A stretch of 64,000 nucleotides of DNA from positions 3,906,001-3,970,000 of the forward strand of contig CM022668.1 of NCBI GenBank assembly GCA_012295275.1, read 5' to 3'. Positions 1 to 13,785 of the stretch are shown here, piece by piece (the stretch's first letter is position 1; every line of letters starts with the position of its first letter). This DNA comes from Chrysomallon squamiferum (Eukaryota > Animalia > Mollusca). The translations under genes were made by a program, and so were the position numbers. A model generated the notes under the pieces. That model ran no database searches. It was not told the origin of the DNA and saw only the letters and a program-made list of their open reading frames with translations.

Positions 1-420
1 TCCCATTTTGATTCTCGCAACATTACTGCAAACATCTGTTTATCATGTTTTCATGTTTGTGTTGGTTTTTGCAGCTACACATTTTTACAATGTACTTTTA
101 AGAATGCTTTTGTAAAATAAAATAATTTTAAAACTTACAGATGGTTTTGTTCGTGCTTCTTTTCTAAGGTGAATATTTTCGTGAAATAAAATATTTGAAA
201 AAGTGTTAATGTCGATGAAGTAAAATGAACGTACGATGTATTTGCCGATGATTGTCGATCATATAAGATGGTAGAACACGCTATTCTAGTGCTGCAGTTA
301 ACTGAAGATAGTTAATAGTGAAAAAACAAATTTACTTACGTGAATCGTTTAAAGGTGACATCACCGATTTTGATGAAGACGAAATTCTATCATTTCACGA
401 GTAACGAGTAAGAAGTAGAA
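1..420 (-). other. Probable 5' end (UTR exons) of a minus-strand gene that continues beyond the left edge
   Basis: Minus-strand GTAAGT donors at ~339 and ~138, acceptors at ~164 and ~75, and a CRE at 505-512 upstream. No product can be assigned. Confidence 0.35.
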
Positions 421-504
421 ATATTAAGAAGAAAAACTTTGCCACTAAAACAAGTGATATATGTAGTCCTAAGCCAATCTACCAGTGTTTCGTTGATTCT
501 ATTA

Positions 505-512
505 TGACGTCA
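505..512. promoter_or_regulatory. Palindromic CRE (TGACGTCA)
   Basis: Exact motif in a CpG-containing region upstream of the putative minus-strand first exon. Confidence 0.4.
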
Positions 513-741
513 CAAAAAAGTTTTACTATCTTTGCAATAATAATAATAATAATAATAACAATAAAATAAAAATCGATATTATATATAAATATAGTAAGTG
601 TTTCATATCAGTCACTAATAATAAATATTTGTGACACTCTCGCTGAATACGTTTTCAGTTTTTACAGGACATGAAAAAAAATTAATAATTATTTCATTGG
701 AGAAAAGTGATCATTTGTTATATCTACAAAAATAATAATAA

Positions 742-772
<31 letters not shown>

Positions 773-1844
773 AAGAAGAAGAAGGAATAACAAAATAAAT
801 ATCGCTTTCCTGAAGTACATAATTCTATAAAGATAATAAATGTTTGAAATTTATCATCTTTACTAAATATGTATTATTTATTACGATATTTCAGATAAAA
901 ATGTCAGATGAAAGTAGCATCATTTTATTTTCATTACTATTTAAAACACTAAGACAGCTGAAAATAATTTTCATATTAAATTATAAAAACAAATATACGA
1001 TAAAATGAACTCTGGACGGTACAAATACATTTTAGGAAAATTCCAGTTATTACATTTTTCTGTAATATAATTAGTAGACGAATGTTAGTCTTGCACACAT
1101 TCCAAAATAAATTTAATCCTTGACGATTATTTTCAACCATGTCACTAAATCTGACAGTGCTGGTATGTCTAAACTCATATTTTTCTTTCTTTCTTTTTTT
1201 TTGTTTCCAGTGATTGTTTTTTCCAAAGTCTCGTCTGAGATGACTAAGTTGTTACAGGTAAACTTTAATACAATCACTCTAACCTGGAAAACATTTCCAA
1301 TAATCGTATTAATTTCTTGTTAATAAGCCATACATTGGAAATGTATAAAACATAAATATCATCTTCAGCAGTAATATTAATTAGTACAAAATATATTGTT
1401 ATAATAAAAAACAGAAACAAGAATAACGATGAGCAATCTAGCTCATGCGTATTAATACTTTGCATCGTGTTGTTAAGCTGAATCCAGTTTATTTCATCCT
1501 ATAATGGTTATTACAATTTAAATAAATGTATGTTTCAAAATTTGAAGTATATAATCATACATTATTATGTTGATAACATGCTTCAAGCGTATCAAATTCT
1601 GTCTGACTACCAGTGAAAAATTTTAATTAGGAAATTATTTCCAGTTCGTAGACAGGTGAAGATTATTTATCTGAAGTTTTCGAGAAACGCGACAGTGAGT
1701 TTTAGAGATGTCACAAAACATCAGCATCACAGGATCATCTACTGTGATAATTACTTTATTACAAGCTCAACAAGTTTATCATCAGTTTGAAGAGACGAAA
1801 TCTTCATTTATAGGCTAACTGAATTGCTATTAATTTACAAAAAC

Positions 1845-1917
<73 letters not shown>

Positions 1918-2209
1918 AATCGAATTCTGCATTCAGGTCAGGTTATTTCGGTATGGTGCAGTTAAATAACATTACCACGAATTATTATTATACACAGGAT
2001 ATTTCTGCGGAGAGAAACAACATTGACTCTGAAAACAAATTTGTTCAATTTGATGGAATATAAATATATTCGCCTTCCAACTCTTGAATATCAAAGACTA
2101 AATTCAATACCTAAGTCTGAAAGATATTTTATTTATCCCCGTCCATAATTCAGTGGTAAACGAACATCAAAGGATATGATATAAAAAATAAAGCAGAAAA
2201 ACTGAATAT

Positions 2210-2215
<6 letters not shown>

Positions 2216-2298
<83 letters not shown>
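2216..2298. repeat. (AG)n microsatellite upstream of GKAP1
   Basis: Perfect dinucleotide run. Confidence 0.97.
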
Positions 2299-2301
<3 letters not shown>

Positions 2302-2419
2302 CAAGCAGCTATAATGTATAATTTATTCGCATATATGCTAAAAATTGCCTAACCCCGTTTTAGTGCTGTTCGAGAAATGTCAAGAGGAAATTTAAAAGAG
2401 TTATCTCCCCACCACATGG

Positions 2420-5400
2420 ATGGCAATGGCGAAAGCAAGTATTTCTGTAAGCAGTTCGAGATTTGCTGTTTTGAAAGTAGAAGATGAAGATGATGACAGC
2501 ACAACGCAAAACACAACCATCAAGCAGACCTCAAAATCTAACACCCAGAATGCATCATCAAAGAAAAAAAACAAAAAGAAAAAGAAACATGATCCGATTA
2601 ATACAGAAGTCGAAAAAGAGGTACACAAAACAAAAGAAAGAGAAGACTTTTTCACTGATATTTCATTTTTAACATCCTAGAAGAGTTTCCAAAGTATGAT
2701 ATGCTGCTGCCAATTTTTTTTTTTCATTCTTATTAATATATACATTAAGTAAATATGTATTTTACATCGTATGACATATTGACAGTTGACTGGAATATTT
2801 CCTAGTAAGTAGTATTACTATTAGTATTAGTATTACCCTATCACTATATTTTAATTATTATATAATTTGGATACAATACTTTACTAATTTCATTATTTAA
2901 TTTAAAAAATAATTTATTGACATAAGAAACATTTATATTTATCTATTACATAAAAGTAGTATCATGTTTTAAAAACTGACACAAAAAAATCATTTCTGAT
3001 ACATTTGTAGCATAAAAATTCAGGTTTTCTAAACTTTTATTTTTATTATTTATCAAAAGTTTCATAAATGCAGTTTTAGACAATTGTTGTACAGACACAT
3101 ATATGTGTTAAGAATATATATATTTTTTTAATTTCAAATGAATATTTATTTTTTATTATTGTTTTAGTTGAAACATATGGCATTTTGTAAGCCAGTAAAA
3201 GTCCACAAAGAATCTGACAAAGCAGTTTCTCAAAAACCAGATCCCAAACAGTGGATGGAATGGCAGGAGAAAGATGAAGAGGTATTAAAACTTTTTGTAA
3301 TCTTAGTTAATATGTAATTAGTAACAGTGTGGAGTTGTGTTAATGCTAGTACATTATGCTAATTGATAAAGAGTTTTAGTTAGACTGGTTGATTAATACT
3401 GTATCAGAGGAGTTAGTTAAAGTAGAAGATTGTTTAAATAATGTATCAAGATATGTTCGTGTTCCAGTATTATGTCAGTGTATAGTTAGTTAATTATGAA
3501 GACTTAATAAATCTGGCTGTGAGTTATGTATTAATTAATGTAACAAATTAGATTTTATGAAAAAAGGCATACTTTAATTAATTCTTTAAGAAATATAGAT
3601 TTATGGATTCTGTTATAATTTAATGTCAACTGTTTAGTTATGGTTGTTCTTAAACATAATGGATAATACACATTTAACAGTAAGTATAATATCTGACAAA
3701 CTAAACTGTAAAGAGATTTTATACTTATGTTTGCATGAACATTTGTTTACATGATAGATTTGAACAAATATCTTGACCATTAATATGCTGTTCTTTCAAA
3801 TACACATTGGTAACAAAAATTTGTAACTGTTAAATTGGAAAGAGAGATTGTTGTTGTTATTATGTTTTATTATTATTTTGAAGATTGAGGACACTTGGTT
3901 GCATGGAAACCTAATTAATTGATGTGATTCCTTTAAATGCTGCATATTTAAGTTAAAGAAACAAAATCATAAATATGAGAAAACATATTTTTTGTATCTC
4001 TTTTCAGTTCACACAAGAATCATACCAAAAAGATTTAGAACAAGCATTGTTACAAAGTAAACAGGAGTATGAAAGACAAGTACAGGTAAGCTAAAAATAT
4101 TTAAAACAAATGTTGTTACAATGTAAACAGGAGTATGAAAGACAAGTACAGTTAAGTTGGGTTTCTCAGTTTCTTTTGATGTTTAATTTATTTCCTCTGA
4201 ATGCCTGTCAACACCAAGCCCAATTTCCACTTTTAAAAATCACTTCAGGAATTAAATTAGAATTGTTGATTGTGCTCAGTGTCAGTCTAACAAAAAGACA
4301 TTGAACTTTTGTAGAAGTTGGTGATACCCAGCCATCATACTTGACTTACAGAACTGTGGTGTGCTACACTGTTATAGTTCAGTTACTCTGACCACTAGAG
4401 TGGTCACTATAGATAAAGATCAAGTGAAAATTGTGACTGGCTACTGAAGTCACTAGAGGTTATAATTCTATATCTGAATTTGTTTTTTCTCTCTGAATAT
4501 ATCTGTCATCATTAACCTCAGCACATGGTTGTCTGTCTGTTTTACATACTTCCCAAATCAGATTGAACCATTGCCTGGTGTAATTTTTCTGTAGTTACTA
4601 GTCTAGTTTTCTTCTTCTTGTTCTTCCTTTGTTATTAGCATTCGAATTTGAAATGATCTTTTCCTGTTTCAAATAAAAATATTGTCTCTATTTCTGAATA
4701 GATGATCACTTCCAGATGAAAAATATTAACATTTTCTGATTTTAGAAAGTGAAAGAAAACTTTGCAATGAATGGAATTGAAGGAAAGAAGAAAAAGAAGA
4801 AAGACAAACAGCCAGTAATGACACTGGAACAGTTCAATCAAATGGAATTCAAGAAAGAGAAATCTCTCAATTCTGATGGTAAAAACAACACAGTGCATAA
4901 AAAGTTCTTTATATCTGCATGAAAAATTTATCTAAATATAATTAAAATATAATTAAGTCTATTTCTGATACATTTAAATACTATTGAGTCTATTTCTGTT
5001 ATATTTAAATACAATTAAGTCTGTTTATGTTACATTTAAATACAATTAAGTCTTTCTGTTATATTTAAATACAATTAAGTCTATTTCTGTTATATTTAAA
5101 TAGTTAAGTCTTTTTCTGTTATATTTAAATACAATTAAGTCTATTTCTATCATATTTAAATATAATTCCTACATCAAAAAATCTTACTGAAGTACTTCTA
5201 TTCAGTCATGCTATAATGTAGTGCATCTATATTGTGTGAGTAGGTTGTTTCTTTATGTTCATTTGTTTATTATTTTTATTTGAAATATATTTCAGATATT
5301 TAATTGCAATGTGAAGATATGTTTATGCTGAAATTATTATTATTATTATTGCTATTATTAATATTAATAATTAGCCAGAAATAGAATATTGCTGTATTTA

Positions 5401-8254
5401 GACATGTAAATTATTGCTGTTTTGAATGTGTATTATGATACTGTCAGATGACTCGCCCGAACCTGTAGGAAAAACACCTGTGATAAAAACCTCATTTGAA
5501 GAAGCAGACAGCCATTTCTTTGAAAAAGTCAGTGATGATGTGACTAAAATTATTTCCAGAGAAAAAGTTCAAGAAGAATATAAAAAGGTAATGATTTATT
5601 TTTTCCTCTTAAGAGAAAGAAACCCGTTATCATTCACTTCCAGTTGTGTATTGTATTTTGAACAATGGTTCTGTCCTGTGTTGCCTTGGTAACTAGCACC
5701 AATCATACATTGAGGTAACTTATCTGTTTCATGACTTAGTTACATTCACTTGGTTTGTCCAGTCTCACTGATGAAGAACTGGCCAAGATGCAGTTATTCA
5801 CCCACGCTGGTGACAAATGGATTTGAACTGTATCTGTTACTGTATTTTTGTTATTTGTAATTTTTGTTATTTTGTTAATATATCAGATGATACTGTGTCT
5901 GTTGTATTTAAAGCCAATGTGGGGTTTTTGGGAGAGGTTTATTTTCTCGGTTTTTTATTGTTGTTTTTTATAATCATCAAGTTATTTAGTACATATAATT
6001 TTTCTACTTTCTCTTTTAATATGTCCTAGAACATATTGTATTTAAAATGGATTGTTTTTTTTGCTGTAGCATTATGCAATGGAAAGTGCAGTCATGTTGA
6101 AGTGCCAGCAGGAGTTGACAAAGAAAGACAGAGAAATAGAAGAGTTGAAGTCAGAACTGTCAGCATTACAAGTAAAATTTTATAATTTGTTTCAGAAACA
6201 CAGCTTTAGACACAACTGAATGAACTTGTTAGTACAGCTGCACTGACTGTAAACAGGTCTTTGTGTTCATACTTTCTGCTTTGTCACTACTAATCCCATG
6301 ATAAACAGAATCCACTCCCATTACACCATTGTCATGTTAACTAATGTAATTGTTAAAATATAGATAATGAAGTATAAAACATTGGTGGAACTGAAATTTC
6401 TCTTGTCTTTAGATTATTTTCTGTTTACACATAAACAATTGTAGAAATTAAACCATCATTGCATAAGATTTAAAAATCAGTATTAGTATAGCTGGTGCTC
6501 AGATTGTGTGTTTTTATTTGTTAAATTACTGTTTTGTTGTTTTGCAGGAGGAATTTAAACAAGTGAAAAAAAGAAACAAACAGCTTTGTGTTATTCTTGC
6601 TCAAGGAGAAAGTAAATTTTTGTTTTCAGTTAAATTTTTGACACCACAGATTTCATTATAGTGTTGTCACTAAACTAGTAATAAATGCTTGGAAAATGCA
6701 AACAGAATTTCAGGTTTAGTTTAATATAACTGGTTTTATTACCACACATCTCAAACTATATTTTTATAATCATGTTAACCTAGAACTGTGGTGGTTCTAA
6801 CAAACATCAGAAGTAAATGTTTTACACCATCAAGTTTATTTTTTTATATACCGTTAAGAGATGAATAAATTATGGTAATAGTTAATTAGGTGAATCTTAT
6901 TAAAAAGAATGGCTTTCATTTCTTTCTTGGCTGCTTAGAACTGTCAGAGAAATTATACAAAAAAACTACTGTTTCATAAAATTGATTTAAAACATCTCTT
7001 ACAAATGTTAGATCTTTAGTTTCTTCTTTTACTTTGTTTTGAAATCTCTGTGATAATTAATAACTGTTAACAGCTACTTGATTTTGTATTATAAATAAAA
7101 ACTGTTTTATTCCAGTGAAAGATAAAGCTCAAGTTCTGATGCATGTTGAAGATTTGACTCAAGTTCGAGATGAACTTACAGAACAAGTATAATCACTTTT
7201 TAAATTAGTTTTTAACAGTGATTGATTTAGAATAGTGGTGACCGATTTATATTAGTAACTGATTTAAAATGGTGACTGATTTAAGAAAGTGATCTGGCTA
7301 GCCTACAGCTGGTTTAAAAAATAAAATTCTCCCTGACAGAGTTCAGTGAGAAAGAAGAAGAATAAATGTGTGTGTCCATTCTGTATTGTCAGTAGTGGCT
7401 GACTAAAATGTAATATATTAACTGAAAGATGATAGCTTTAGAGTAAGGATCTAAGATGTTTTAAGACATCTTAAATATCTGACAAGAATGACTTGGTTTT
7501 AAAAAAGTGATTTATTTTTTTCATATGTAAATTTTCTCGTTTGTGATGATTACATTTAGTGTGTGTATGTCAGTGTTGGTCTAGGAAAGAGTCAAAATTT
7601 ACAAATACAGATTACAATAATAAAGTGCTGATAAGATTTTATTTTCACCAGGTTTCTGAACTTAATGCTGAACTAGAAAAAGAAAAATCCAAAGTGCATG
7701 CACTGAAGGTAGAAATTGAAAAATTGAAGGTAAGTTTTCTTCATTATTACTTACTGGTTATTTGATTTACTGATTTGTATCTCGCATATTCACTGATCAT
7801 TTTAAACCAAATTGAACTTACAAATTGGAATTTCAGTATAACTTAGCTTTTAAAAAAAAAAAAAAAATTATTATTTTATTATTATTTTATAAAGAGCATA
7901 ATTTAATAAAAACTGATCACACAACACTTTAAAATACTGTTGTGAGGTAATGACTGGAACAGGAAATATTCCAGCTGATTACACAGAGGGGATTGATCCT
8001 TTGTTAATAATACCTCAGAAAACAGAAGTTACCTTTTTATTTTCTAAAGATTATCATGCTAAAATTGTATAGAAAACTTAGTTACATCATTATTATTTCA
8101 TTTAAAACTGAGAAAATAAATGTGTCACTCGGAGGTGTACCTGAGATTTGAAATGTTTTATTTACATTTTATTTATTTATTTATTTATTTATTGTTGTTG
8201 TATGTAGTTTATTTTTGTTTTTTTTTCTAGGGTGGCAAACATCATGGGAAATAA
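2420..8254 (+). CDS. GKAP1: G kinase-anchoring protein 1 homolog, 10 coding exons, 334 aa
   Basis: Exons 2420-2620, 3168-3281, 4008-4085, 4746-4878, 5448-5587, 6070-6171, 6548-6611, 7116-7186, 7652-7729, 8231-8254; all GT-AG, frame continuous (1005 nt). Family motifs SRFAVLKVE, LKHMAF, QWMEWQEKDEE, DLEQALLQSK, KQVKKRNKQLCVILAQGEMKDKAQVL, ELEKEKSKV and terminal GGK. Confidence 0.93.
4946..5167. repeat. 31-bp minisatellite (ATTAAGTCTATTTCTGTTATATTTAAATACA), about 7 copies, in a GKAP1 intron
   Basis: ATTAAGTCT/ATTGAGTCT recurs at 4952, 4983, 5014 and onward. Confidence 0.9.
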
Positions 8255-11200
8255 GAAAATGTGAAAATATGAAGAGAGATGAAAATTTATTAAAAACAAA
8301 GATAATGAAAGTGATTGTGGCAATGTGTTGAATGATCCTGGTGAATTTATCCTTTCTGAATGGATTCATCCAGTTAATCTGGATCAACCACAAATCTGAT
8401 ATCAGCTGTGGTTTGAAAATTTGACCTTGAAAACTTGAAATTGTTCTATAAAAATGACACTGCTTTGTCATTAAAATATAAACAAATGAGTATGTAAATA
8501 ACTTCATTAAATAAAAGGAAGAACTCTAAATGTTGATATTACTGAAGAAAATAGTGTTTGATTTTGTTCTAACTGGAAGAAATGATCACGTAAGTGACAA
8601 TCCCCCCAAAAAAAATAAAAAATAATAAAATAATAATAAAATAAACAAGAAGTAAAAAAATAATAAAAAAATATGTATATATATATACTTTTTATATTAT
8701 TAATATTTTTTTTAATATATAGTAATCTTAACAGTCAAATAAAACTGATGAGATTTTTTATTTTATTTACTGTGTTAACTGGATAATTCTTTAAATTTTA
8801 AATAACTTTCCATGTGTTCAGAGGTTTTTTTATATTTATATTATGTTGTTTGATGAAGAAAGGAACCATATTAACGATATCAAAAACAGTGTCTGGTCAG
8901 ATGTATAGTTTGTGTTTAGTCATAGGTAGGTTATGGTAATTTGTAGATAAACACCTGTAATACACTTATTTCTAATACAGAAGTAAGATTTTCCACATAT
9001 TAGTACGAAACTGCTGTTTTCTCTCTCCTCCTTTATTTTAGCTTTTTGTTTCCTACCAAACTATACATACTGTTGTAAACACACTGATGTAGTTAATAAA
9101 TAAATAGTTTCAAACATACAAAAAATAATAGTAATTCAGTAGAACTAAAGAAAATATTTCAGTCAGTCATTAAATGTGTAATTTATAAAATGATATAATT
9201 TTCATAAACATCTACAAACCTGTTGTCATTTTAGAAATATTTTATACTTTTTGCCTGAACCACCCTATTTTCATCCTTCTCAGGGTTTACCTGCTTACTA
9301 AATGAACTTTTTGAAAAGTAAGTTCTGTTATACTTGAGAAAATAAAATATATATAATGTAATTCTGTTTTAACTTGGATTTTAATTTTGAAAGAGCAAAT
9401 AGGGATTTTTTTACCTAGTTATATTAATTGTTTTGATAAAACAAATGTAATAATTTGGAAAACCCATATATATAATATGTTTGGATGGGAGCTGTAAGGA
9501 AAACATGTTTTGACTGTCAAAACCTGAGACTCTAGTCACAATCCTACATAACTACATCTATTCAACTTTTTGTCTATAAAAATGTATTTCCAGTTACAGC
9601 TTAAACTACATCTGACTGAAACATGAAATGTATTAAACAGGTTAACAGGATATATATCTCTATTAAAAAGCTTAACAGTATGTATAATTATTGAATATTT
9701 GACTACTGTATTTAAGAATGTTTTTATCATAAAACATTACAGTGTAAATAGTTCATTTGATACTTTATTTATGTACATCAGTTATAACTAATATTTTTCT
9801 ATATGTAAATAGCAACGTGCCAAACAAACAAAATGTGAATAATGATTCTTTCAAATTATGCACCGACTTTGTTTTGAAATAATTTATTATCATTATTTAA
9901 TAACACCATTACATCACACTGACAGATGTTTCTGTTATTATGTCACTTGTGAGATATTAGATATCAAATTTCGGATTTTTCAGTTATCAGCAGCTATATT
10001 CTATAATCCTTTGTTCATACTTCATTACTGTGGATAAACCAGTCTGCATAACTGGAAAATAAAATGTTCAGTGAGGACTGACCTCACATGGACAGCTTGG
10101 TGGAGAACTGTGGTCAGCTGGTGTCAGAAATCTTTCTCATTCAACCACAGCTAATGTATTACCAGAACATCAAGATTGCCATAATAGAAACATACTAGTC
10201 AAGCTTACATATTTATCTGTTACTTCTGCAGAAAGTGTTCACAGAAAGACATTCAGCAGTTTTCTTTATAATTATGTTGATACAGTTGGAACATTTTTCT
10301 TTCGTTATTTTCCTTTTTTGTTAAGAAAGAAATTTATTTTATTTATTTTTGTCTCAACACAGTGGTAATAATCATTAAGATTAAAATATATTTAAAAATC
10401 CATTTATAAACATGACATTATATAATAACACAGAACCAGTATTTTCGCAACCAAGGAGTCAGTTTATATAAATTAATTACCCCATGGACCGCAGGCTTTT
10501 GACAGGTCTAACTACTTGGCAAGCCAATGTAAGTAACTAAAATCAAACTCGTTTTTCCCATTTCCATGAACTTAAAGAAATATAAATAATAAATTTGGAA
10601 AAAAAAATAACAAAATTCCATAGGCAGATAATATAAATTATGTAAAACACAGAAGAAGTGCTTGGGTTCTGATACAAGCTCAGATGGACTTTTGGCTGGA
10701 TATCGTTGGTTCTGTCTGGCAGCATTGGCCATCTTGTTTATCACAATATCTGAATGGTTGCTGATGTCATCACAAGAAAATGTGTGACGTCGATTGTGAG
10801 CCATAACCTTCACCTATGAACTGTTTTGTTTCGCAACAGATATCGGGAACACACTTTATATTGTCTTTTGACTGAAGTCTTTTTGTAAAAATTTAATATT
10901 ATGTTTTACATATATGTGGATTCAATACACAAATAAATAAATAAATAAAAATGCTTGCAAATCCATGCATTCACAATTTTATAGCATTAATAATAATAAT
11001 AAATGTTATCTAAATATAATTTATTACATCTATTTCTCAAACTGTTGTGAATGAAAATGAAAGATAAAACGTGAAAAACGAATATCGGCTCAAGACCTTT
11101 TAAGTTAACATTGTAGAGGTTTTTTTTTTTTTTTTTTTTTTTTTTTCTTTCTTAAAGCAATTTGAGCACTGAGCGGAACTGGACATAGTGACAAGGAGGA

Positions 11201-12003
11201 GAATAATTTTATCTCAAAAATAAAGACGCTAACGTCGGAGGGTCGTTTACTAAACTGTCGTAGCCACAATTGATACTTGGACTACAATCATTTCGTGGAA
11301 GGATCCCTGGATCAGCAAGTTGCTTAGCGGTTATCTTAAAAGATAATAATGAAGATGATACGAACAGTAACAATAACAATAAATAAATAAATAAATAAAA
11401 GCGAAGCATAAGCAAAGCCTGTCATCACATAGACAATTATTATTATTTAATGTAGTTTAAATTAAAAATCATAAGAAATATAATAATAAGAAAAATAAAA
11501 ATTGCTAGTAACTTGAAACCATTCGATACGAATGTCATATCTCTGTGACGCTTAATTCTGTAGAATACATAACTGAAGATTACCAGTCGGTTGTATGTGC
11601 TCGAACAAAACATTTCTTTTATTTTATTTTCAGTTATTTGCTGTTTCCGCAGATATACTTAAAAACATATTTCAAACAGTCACTTGCTAAAAACTGTCCT
11701 AGACAGGAAATGGATTAGTCAGCGACGCTCGAATTTCACGTGCGGTTAAGTAAAATTGAAAATCTATTATTTGTCAACCTTCGGCTGGAGAAGAAAGTTT
11801 TAGGCAAGTTAGTTTTTATTTTTTCCTTGATATTCTTATTAACTAAAATGCTAGACACTATTATATTCTAAGATGAATTACTTAAAAAGAAGAAATGAAA
11901 TAATATTATAGGGAGAATCCACCGTCTTGGAAATGATATCTGTAATATATCATCATCATCAGAGTAACGAGTTACAAAACACCGATCGTGCGCATTCATG
12001 CAG

Positions 12004-12034
<31 letters not shown>

Positions 12035-12073
12035 TTTATAATATGGAAATTAAAGTCATGTTTTATTTATAGG

Positions 12074-13785
12074 ATGTCTAATCAAGAGCCACCTCCTGCT
12101 TATCAAGCACAATACCCGCCTCCTGGTCAGTACCCACCTCCTTGTCAATACCCACCTCCTGATCAGTATCCTCCACCTGGACAATACCCTCCACCTGGAC
12201 AGTACCCACCACCAGGACAATACCCACCACCAGGCTATTACTGTCCTCCCCAAGGTCCACCACAGGCTCCAGCCGCCCCATCAAAGGTAAATATAATACT
12301 TAAGCTTAGGTACATACAAGATACGTGATACTTAAGCTTAGGTACATACAAGATACGTGATACTTAAGTTAGGTACATACAAGATACGTGATACTTAAGC
12401 TTAGGTACATACAAGGTACGTGATACTTAAGCTTAGGTACATACAAGATACGTGATACTTAAGCTTAGGTACATACAAGATACGTGATACTTAAGCTTAG
12501 GTACATACAAGATACGTGATACTTAAGCTTAGGTACATACAAGATACATAATACTTAAACTTAGGTACATACAAGATACATAATACTTAAGCTTAGGTGC
12601 ATACAAGATACATAATACTTAAGCTTTGATAAATGAAAAATATACATTAAACTCAAGTTTAGGTAAATACTTGATACATATTATACTTAAATTTTGATAA
12701 ATGAAAGATATACATTATACTCAAGTTTAGTAAATATAAAAGAATAAATAAATAATATTCAAATTTTGTTTAATTGTTTAAGTAAAGAAAACATGAAGCA
12801 TGATGTTAATGTGGCAAGGTTGATCAGTTAAAAATTGATGAGTACTAAGACATTTTCAGATTCTTTTCACAGCAGTCTTCACAGCAGTCATCAGTGGTTG
12901 TTGTAAACAGTCAGCGAGATCCTGGTCAGACGGTCATCATAAACAAGTAAGTCTGACACAACGCACTGTGTGTCACACAGTTTTTAGTGTTCATGGGGCT
13001 GATACTTATAATGAATCCTTTCTGCTAATCAGAGGGAAAGAAGTAAAGGTTTATTCTTGTAGTCATTCATTTAACGCCAAGTAATTAAAGATTACAAATG
13101 AAATGAATAGGAGAAATATTTCAAATACAATAAAACCTGCAAATCATGCTCTTTACAGATCTTTATTTATTTATAATTTATATATTTATTTTATTTTATT
13201 TTATTTCATTTTTATTTATTTTATTTTATTTTATTACTATTTTATTTTTTTGGTGTAAGGGAAGTCATTTGTGTTGGAGATTATTGTTTGTGTTTCTTTT
13301 TTTAATGGTTTGGGTTTACAAGAAAGCAGAATGAGTACATATTTAATTTAATTTAATTTTAATTTTTATTTTCTCTTATTTATCAGACGAAGAATGAATC
13401 ATCTTCTTCACTGTCTCATTTCTCTCGTCTTCTTTCCCTGGATTTTTGTTTGGATTGTTTTGGTAAGATAAGTTGTTGTTCAGAGGGGAGAAAAAAAAAA
13501 AAAAAAAAAATGGTGATTGGTAAATTTGTTGTCAGTGTATTGCAAAATTACAATCGTCCTAATTACACTACAATACCTCAATACATTATTATGATACTTT
13601 TCACAGTTGAAATGAGTATTTGCTGTGTTTTATTACTAAATGTCTTATTTTAATGTTAAATTGCTAGTAACAAATGCAGAAGTTTAAACACTTCCATTCA
13701 TTCTGAATTATAAATAAATCATTATTGTTATTATCAAATCATAGTTGTTATTTCTTCTTTTTTTCAGTGCATCATTTCTGACTGA
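12074..13785 (+). CDS. Proline/tyrosine-rich (YPPPGQ repeat) small membrane-anchored protein, 126 aa, CYSTM-like architecture
   Basis: Exons 12074-12286, 12873-12946, 13387-13462, 13768-13785 join in frame: MSNQEPPPAYQAQ, about 7 YPPPGQ-type repeats, QSSQQSSVVVVNSQ...KRRMNHLLHCLISLVFFPWIFVWIVLCIISD*. Hydrophobic C-terminal segment. Confidence 0.85.
12293..12740. repeat. 32-bp minisatellite (TGATACTTAAGCTTAGGTACATACAAGATACG), about 10 copies plus a degenerate tail
   Basis: Period 32 read directly (TAAGC at 12301, 12333 and onward); intronic. Confidence 0.95.

Noticed and set aside
1211-1257. Exon-like block on the plus strand (strong acceptor, GTAAAC donor, ATG inside)
   Set aside because: No downstream exon continued the frame convincingly and no homology was recognised.
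11255-11296. SECIS-like hairpin on the minus strand (ATGA...AA...GA)
   Set aside because: Helix II is too short (about 8-9 nt versus the usual 11-12), and there is no upstream selenoprotein ORF.
12293-12625. CRISPR-like periodicity of the 32-bp array (also the 34-bp array at 21644)
   Set aside because: Units are head-to-tail with no unique spacers, there are no cas genes, and the context is eukaryotic.
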